The notes beneath the pieces are model-generated. The model did no database searches. It saw nothing but the letters and a program-made list of their open reading frames with translations, and was not told the DNA's origin. A DNA stretch of 62,643 nt, filler included, from Deltaproteobacteria bacterium (lineage in GTDB: Bacteria; JAUYMQ01), in the NCBI GenBank assembly GCA_030698575.1. It is 11 parts of 11 records of this genome, joined end to end, with 100 filler letters (N's around TTAATTAATTAA, not from the genome) between each part and the next. Parts side by side here need not be neighbours in the genome. Positions count along the whole stretch, not along the records: positions 56,968 to 59,982 come from JAUYMQ010000522.1; positions 60,083 to 62,643 come from JAUYMQ010000526.1; 9 more parts are not named here. The stretch is one strand, 5' to 3'. The position numbers and the translations under genes were made by a program. The first letter of the stretch is position 1. Each line of letters starts with the position of its first letter. This document shows, in pieces, positions 57,380 to 62,643 of the stretch.

Positions 57380-57811
57380 CTACCGACGCTCGTAGAGTTC
57401 CACGATGTCTGGGCCGTCGGCCGGGTGGGGGTACCGCAGCGTGATCCTTGCGCCGACGAGTTCAGCCTGTGGGGTCCACACGTGGTCGCCCTCGCGCAGG
57501 GCGAGCTCCAGGACAGACCCCCGAAGACGGAAGCTCCCGGTGGCCGCGAACTCGCGAACCGTACCCTCGGCGGTCATGCGGTACCGCACGCGGCGTTCCG
57601 CCCGCCCCGCGGCCATCAGTGTGATCGTGCCGCTGACGGGCTCGTACACGCCCGGGAGAGGCACGGGACTGTCGTTGACGGTTCGGAGGGCGTAGGTGCC
57701 GGCCACGCGGCCCGGGCCCACCCCATCAGCGCAGGCACCGGCCCCCGCAGCGACGGCGAGGGCGCCAGCGATCAGGTGAAAGTGGCTCATGGTACGCATA
57801 GAATACCCCAT
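57380..57811 (-). CDS. Hypothetical lipoprotein-like cassette gene
   Basis: Fills the space between two attC sites. AGAC lipobox-like motif and 'AGTYALRTVN'. Confidence 0.8.
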   Translation of the reverse strand: MGYSMRTMSHFHLIAGALAVAAGAGACADGVGPGRVAGTYALRTVNDSPVPLPGVYEPVSGTITLMAAGRAERRVRYRMTAEGTVREFAATGSFRLRGSVLELALREGDHVWTPQAELVGARITLRYPHPADGPDIVELYERR

Positions 57812-57839
57812 CTTGAGGACTCAAGTCACTTCTGGCGCT

Positions 57840-57929
57840 GCCTAACGGATCGCGCTTAAGCTGCGGCGCGCTGAAGAAAGATTCATTCCCCAATCTACGC
57901 GCGCCGCCAGCTTCAAGCGCTTGTTAGGC
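57840..57929 (-). mobile_element. attC site 2 (90 bp)
   Basis: Near-identical to attC 1. Confidence 0.93.
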
Positions 57930-58232
57930 GGATGCGGCGCCACCACCACCGAACAGACCCTGGGACCGAGCCTTAAGCCGCGACAAGAAGTCCGGATTAT
58001 CGACGCCGCCAGGGAGTTCCGCGGCGACCTCTTCAACCACGCGCTTCATTTTCTGGAAGAGTGCTTGTCCTTCCGGACTCCTCGCCCTACGCTCCCCGTC
58101 GGCCAATGCCCACTCCACAAAATCCTGGCCCGTGAGCCCAGGAGGCAAAGGGGAGCCCCCCTCGCGCAGGGCAGCCTCCAACTCGGCACCCTTCTGACGA
58201 ACCAGGGCTTCGAGCTCAGGATCGCGTTCCAT
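57924..58232 (-). CDS. Hypothetical 102-aa cassette gene
   Basis: The TAA stop lies inside the R'' box, which is typical of cassettes. ATG is about 10 bp after the attC core. Confidence 0.8.
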   Translation of the reverse strand: MERDPELEALVRQKGAELEAALREGGSPLPPGLTGQDFVEWALADGERRARSPEGQALFQKMKRVVEEVAAELPGGVDNPDFLSRLKARSQGLFGGGGAASA

Positions 58233-58378
58233 GCCGCATTCCGCCTAACGGATCGCGCTTAGTTGGTATGAAGCGGTAGCTGGACCTCCACGGTCTCGTG
58301 GTGGCAAGCTGAGCCCCACACGCTTGTTCACGCGCTCACCGTCTTGCGACGGGGCGCACACCGGGAGGCCAGCTACCA

Positions 58379-59401
58379 ATGGATACGATAGGGCTCGATC
58401 TGCACAAACGCGAGAGTCAGCTGTGCGTGCTGACGGAGGCAGGGGAGATCGTGGAGCGCCGGATCGTCACCAGTCGCGAGCGGTTCACGGTGGTGCTCGG
58501 GGGCCGGCCCCCGGCGCGCATCCTGCTCGAGGCGTCGACCGAGAGCGAGTGGGTGGCCCGGCACCTGGAGACCCTCGGGCACGAGGTGATCATCGCGGAT
58601 CCCAACTTCGCGCCGATGTACGCCACGCGCCGCCGTGGGGTCAAGACGGACCGGCGCGACGCGCGCACGCTGGCCGAGGCCTGCCGGCTCGGGGCGTATC
58701 GGCGCGCCCATCGGGCGTCGGACGAGCAGCGGCATGTCCGCGCCGAGCTCGCGGTGCGGGACGCGCTGATCCGCACCCGCACGCGCACCGTCGCCCTGGC
58801 CAAAGCGCTGATCCGGCGCGACGGGCTGCGGCTGCCGAGCGGGGGGCCGGCCCACACGGAGGCCAAGCTGACGGCGCTGCCGTTGCCCCCCGCGCTGGCC
58901 GCCGAGCTCGCGCCGTTGCGGGCGCTGTGGGCGCCGGTGAACACCCAGATCGCCGCGGCCGACGCGCGGCTGGCGCACGTCGCCGCCGCCGATCCGGTGG
59001 TGGCGCAGCTGATGACGACGCCGGGCATCGGCCCGGTGACGGCCGTCGCGTTTGTGGCCACGCTAGACGTCGTGACGCGGTTCGCCAGCGCGCACCAGGT
59101 CGAGGCCTACCTCGGCCTGACGCCCCGCGAGTACAGCTCGGGCGAGCAGCAGCGGCGCGGGCGGATCAGCAAGACCGGGAATGCCCGCATGCGGTACCTG
59201 CTGGTCGAGGCAGCCTGGCGCGTGCTCCGCACCAAGGACCCGGCGGCCGCCGCGCTGCGGGCGTGGGCGGAAGGAATCGCGCAGCGCCGTGGGCGCTCGA
59301 TCGCGGCCGTCGCGCTCGCCCGGCGGTTGGCCGGCATCCTCTACGCGATGTGGCGCGACGGGAAGGACTACCGCGCGCCGCCGTCGGCCGCGGTGGCGTA
59401 G
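58379..59401 (+). CDS. IS110 family DEDD recombinase/transposase
   Basis: GLDLHK, LEAS, KTDRRDA, PGIG, EYSSG (catalytic Ser region) and ALARRLA. Confidence 0.95.
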   Translation: MDTIGLDLHKRESQLCVLTEAGEIVERRIVTSRERFTVVLGGRPPARILLEASTESEWVARHLETLGHEVIIADPNFAPMYATRRRGVKTDRRDARTLAEACRLGAYRRAHRASDEQRHVRAELAVRDALIRTRTRTVALAKALIRRDGLRLPSGGPAHTEAKLTALPLPPALAAELAPLRALWAPVNTQIAAADARLAHVAAADPVVAQLMTTPGIGPVTAVAFVATLDVVTRFASAHQVEAYLGLTPREYSSGEQQRRGRISKTGNARMRYLLVEAAWRVLRTKDPAAAALRAWAEGIAQRRGRSIAAVALARRLAGILYAMWRDGKDYRAPPSAAVA

Positions 59402-59676
59402 ACGTCAGCCCGCGTGCCCCAAGAGTGTGACCGACAAGAGCGGTGAGCGCGTCGCAGCTTATGACCGCCGCTGAGGTCGTCGCCTAGTGGGCGCCACCGC
59501 TCGTTCGGATCCCCCTTTGCGCCGACGAGCACCGCTCGTCACCCGAGAGCGCGTACAGAAGGCTGAGCGGCACCTCGAGGGCACCGGCTGCAGCGGGCCG
59601 CCCGCGGCCCGACAACAGAAGGACAGCAAAAACCCGACCGCGAGGCCGGGCTTGACGGGGTACGCCGCTTCACAGA
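59402..59676 (+). ncRNA. Candidate bridge RNA/seekRNA in the IS right end
   Basis: Stem-internal loop-stem at 59438-59502 carries CGCAGCTTA (attC target match). ACAGAAG (circle-junction match) occurs at 59555 and 59615. Confidence 0.72.
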
Positions 59677-59763
59677 AAGCTGCGGCGCGAACGTGAAGTG
59701 TTCACAAATAGAAGACTACAGCAGAAAGACGGCGCCGTCAGCTTCAGGCGCTTGTTAGGCAGC

Positions 59764-59982
59764 GCGGATTCATATAGTAAGTGCAACACGGTTTCTCAAA
59801 GAGAAAGGTGACCTGGCGGACGGTAGTCTTCAGTCTCCACCAAGAGAAGGAAGGCTGCCATGACGTACCGCCAGATCACCTTTGCGGAAAGATACACCCT
59901 GGGCCTGCTCCGCCAGAGCGGCCTCTCCCCCGCCGCCATCGCTCGCACGCTCGGCCGCCACCGCAGCACGATCAGTCGCGAG
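59764..59982 (+). mobile_element. IS30-family element, left end, partial
   Basis: AAGTGCAACA-containing end, followed by an HTH transposase ORF. Exact boundary is approximate. Confidence 0.75.
59860..59982 (+). CDS. IS30 family transposase N-terminus
   Basis: MTYRQITFAERYTL...IARTLGRHRSTISRE (HTH_38-like). Not in the ORF track. Confidence 0.85.
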
Positions 59983-60082
59983 NNNNNNNNNNNNNNNNNN
60001 NNNNNNNNNNNNNNNNNNNNNNNNNNTTAATTAATTAANNNNNNNNNNNNNNNNNNNNNNNNNNNNNNNNNNNNNNNNNNNN

Positions 60083-61550
60083 CGCCGACCTCGTCGGGGG
60101 TGAAGGGCGCCCGCTTCACGAGGAGTGTGGCCGTGCGGAAGCCCCGGATGAGCGCCAGGTGCCGCGCGGGCGCGGGGGCGCCCGCGCGCGCGAGCGCGTC
60201 TGCGGCGGTCGCCAGGAGGCGCAGGCTGTCGCGCGGCGGAATCTTGGCCCAGCGGGTGATGCCGAGAATCCCGTTGCCGGAGAGGTGCGCCAGGTAGGCC
60301 TCGAAGGCCTCCACCGTGTAAAGGTAGCTCTCCTGCGAGGCCTGGAGCCCCGCGGACGACGCGCCGAAAGCGTCGAGCAGCGCGATCTGGACAAGATCGT
60401 GGCGCTCTTTCGACGAGGCGACGAAGCCGCGTCCCTCGGCGATGCGCAGCCGGATGCGCGCATCGTCGAAGGGATCGCCCATGCGGGGGGCCTCCCGGCG
60501 AACCATCGCGACGACGCCCGGGTTCAGCTCGACGGCGGTGATGCGGCGCGCGCCGTGCAGCCGCGCCAGCAGCACCTCGGCGCCGGTGCCCGCGCCCAGC
60601 ACGAGCACGGAGGGTTTATCGAGGATCGCGTAGGGCGCCGCCGAGGACTGCCAGTCGAGGTAGGCCAGCGGCTCGAAGCGGCCGTCGAACCGCGTCAGGG
60701 CGCCGAGAAGCTCGCCATCGGAGAAGAGCCCGCGCTGCGCCGGCGGTCCGGCCGGAGCCGCCAGGGAGAGCCCCGGGGCGTGGCGAAGGGGAACCTCCGG
60801 CGAGTCAACGAGCACCAGCGAGCCCAGCGGGCCGGAGGCCCGTTCCAGGACCCGGGCGCCCGCAACGTCGAGCGCCTGCGGGAGCCCCTTGTAGGGCGAG
60901 GGGCGGGGAGCAAGCCAGCCCCCGGGCCAGGCGAGCGGGGTGGCCAGAAGCCCCAGCGCCAGAACGATCGCCGCCGGGCGCGGCCGCGCGGCATCGGCGC
61001 CCCGCCGGTCCATGGCGGCGAGCCCCGCCCCGACCACTCCCATCAGCGCGATCACGCGAAGGCAGCCTTCCGGCGACAGGACGAACAGCCCTCCAATGAC
61101 CACCGCGGCCCCCAGGCCGGCGCCCACAAGATCCTGCCGGTAGACACGGTGCAGCCTTCCGGCCAGCCCCATGAGCGCCAGCGCGACGCAGGCAGCGGCG
61201 AAAAAGAAGGGGACGGCGAGCAAGAGGTAGGTCGCGGCGAGATGGAGCATCTCGCGCGGCTCCCAGGCGAAGGCGAGGAGGTTCAGCGGGACGCGCTGCG
61301 CCAGCGCGAAGCAGCCGGGCGCCGCGATGCTGAAGAGCAGGGCCGATGCGACGAATGCGCTGCGATAGCGCGGGCGGAGACGCTCTTGCGCGAGCGCGAG
61401 AAAGGCGCCGCTCGCGCCGTAGCCGAGGAGCGCCAGGCTGATGATCATCGCGGCGAAGTGGTTCCACTGGACGATGGAGAAGAGACGCATGAGCAGGATC
61501 TCGTAGCCGATGGCGGCGGCCGAGATCACGCTCACGGCATGGAAGATCAT
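60083..61550 (-). CDS. Membrane-fused spermidine synthase-like SAM-dependent protein, 3'-partial
   Basis: N-terminal TMs (YEILLMRLFS...IISLALLGYGASG), VLVLGAGTG, AVELNP and YLYTVEAF. Confidence 0.8.
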
Positions 61551-62293
61551 CAGCGCTTTCTCGTGAGGGGGACGAAGCGTACGGGGAGAATCTGCCGCGC
61601 GTGAACGCGCCCCTCGGCGTCCTTGTCGACGAGGGTCAGGTACTGGGTCATGAAGGGACCGCCGACAGGAATGATCATCCGTCCGCCCGGCTTGAGCTGC
61701 GCGACGAGAGGGGGCGGAACATGATCGGCCGCGGCGGTCACGATGATGGCGTCGAAGGGGCCTGCCTCGGGCCAGCCGTCGTAGCCGTCGCCGACCTTCG
61801 ACTTCACGTTCCTGTAGCCGAGCCCGTCGAGCGTCGCGCGCGAGCGCTTTCCGAGGGGCTCGACTATCTCGATCGTGTAGACTTCCCTTACGAGCCGCGA
61901 AAGCACCGCGGCCTGGTACCCCGAGCCGGTTCCCAGCTCGAACACGACGTCGCCGGGCTCCGGATCCAGAAGCTCGGTCATGATGGCGACGATGTAGGGC
62001 TGCGAGATGGTCTGGCCGTAGCCGATGGGAAGGGGGCGGTTCTCGTAGGCATCCCCGCGCGCGGCGGCGGGAACGAAGGCGTGCCGCGGCACCTCGCGAA
62101 GCGCGGCGGCGACCCGCGGGGCCAGCTCGCCCCAGCCCGTTTCGAAGCGCGTGCCGCGCACCTGGGCGGCCACGGCATCGACCATGCGATCGCGCTCGTC
62201 GGCCCGCGGCGCTTCTGCTGGCGCGGGCGCCGCGACCAGGTAAGCGAGGAGCGCGACAGACAGCGCGCGTGAGGTTTTAGGGGGTCGCGTCAT
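61550..62293 (-). CDS. pcm: Protein-L-isoaspartate O-methyltransferase with a signal-like N-terminus
   Basis: VPRHAF, GQTISQPY, ELGTGSGYQAA and PFDAIIVTAA. Confidence 0.93.
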   Translation of the reverse strand: MTRPPKTSRALSVALLAYLVAAPAPAEAPRADERDRMVDAVAAQVRGTRFETGWGELAPRVAAALREVPRHAFVPAAARGDAYENRPLPIGYGQTISQPYIVAIMTELLDPEPGDVVFELGTGSGYQAAVLSRLVREVYTIEIVEPLGKRSRATLDGLGYRNVKSKVGDGYDGWPEAGPFDAIIVTAAADHVPPPLVAQLKPGGRMIIPVGGPFMTQYLTLVDKDAEGRVHARQILPVRFVPLTRKR

Positions 62294-62353
62294 GTTCCCG
62301 GTTCATATTATCATGCCGGTCGCCGGGGGGCGGCCACGGGGGGGGAGGCAGCG

Positions 62354-62643
62354 GTGACGGACAGGGCGGAGGGTTCGCGGGGAAGGGTATGGCTGGCGGT
62401 CAGGTTCGCGGTGCTCCTGGCGGCGATCTACTTTCTCTTCACGTTCGAGCCGGTGTACGAACGCCTGGTGGCGCCCTTCACCGCGTTCACGGCCAGGCTT
62501 GCCGCCGCGACCGGGAAGCTCCTGCAGCTCTCGGTGGAGGTTCGCGGCGTCACGCTCATTGGGCCCGGCGCCTCCGTGAACGTCGGGCAGGGGTGCGACG
62601 CGATCGACGTGGTGAGCATCATCCTGGCGGCCGGTCTCGCCAC
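62354..62643 (+). CDS. Exosortase/archaeosortase family protein (XrtH-like), 3'-partial
   Basis: GGAGG RBS then GTG. Reads MTDRAEGSRGRVWLAVRFAVLLAAIYFLF...SVNVGQGCDAIDVVSIILAAGLA, with TM helices and the catalytic Cys motif. Not in the ORF track. Confidence 0.75.
   Translation, partial: MTDRAEGSRGRVWLAVRFAVLLAAIYFLFTFEPVYERLVAPFTAFTARLAAATGKLLQLSVEVRGVTLIGPGASVNVGQGCDAIDVVSIILAAGLA

Larger units (their letters stand above)
58261..59676 (+). mobile_element. IS110-family, IS1111-type insertion sequence inserted in attC
   Basis: Subterminal IRs (A)TGAAGCGG / CCGCTTCA(C) sit 7 and 3 nt from the ends. No target duplication. Long 3' non-coding region. Confidence 0.92.
58243..59760 (-). mobile_element. 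attC site 3, split by an IS (halves 58243-58260 and 59677-59760; 102 bp when rejoined)
   Basis: GCCTAACGGATCGCGCTT | AAGCTGCGGCGCG...GTTAGGC rejoins to the same sequence seen in attC 1 and 2. Confidence 0.9.

Noticed and set aside
57274-59760. Repeated ~90-bp units as a CRISPR array
   Set aside because: Units are long palindromes with RYYYAAC/GTTRRRY ends separated by whole genes, so they are attC sites. No cas genes are seen.

Overview
This window is not one locus. It is 11 assembly contigs of a GC-rich bacterium, joined by 100-bp N spacers that each contain a TTAATTAATTAA six-frame stop linker, so adjacency across spacers means nothing. Gene order and content (pheA-hisC-tyrA-aroA-rpsA-sppA-ihfB-lapAB-mutS-glnD-xerD, CxxxY-type CcmE, PEP-CTERM proteins and an exosortase) suggest a deltaproteobacteria-like lineage (inference). 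Most of the window is housekeeping: aromatic amino acid synthesis, dnaA-oriC-dnaN-gyrB, clpSA, BirA-boxed bioB, hemH/hemG/ccmEF, AmmeMemoRadiSam genes and aprA-aprB-sat. The standout is contig 10 (56968-59982), an integron cassette array with three near-identical attC sites, a class D beta-lactamase-like cassette and two orphan cassettes. One attC is split exactly by an IS110/IS1111-type element. That element's downstream non-coding region folds into an internal loop carrying the attC target sequence and also contains matches to its own circle junction, which makes it a readable bridge/seekRNA candidate. Other notable items are a promoter-to-terminator three-hairpin sRNA candidate (4746-4946), a sigma-region-2-only protein coupled to an AraC regulator opposite a PEP-CTERM operon, and an oriC with DnaA-trios. 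Several lesions (in-frame TAG in rpsA, one frameshift, odd motif substitutions) look like low-coverage consensus errors.
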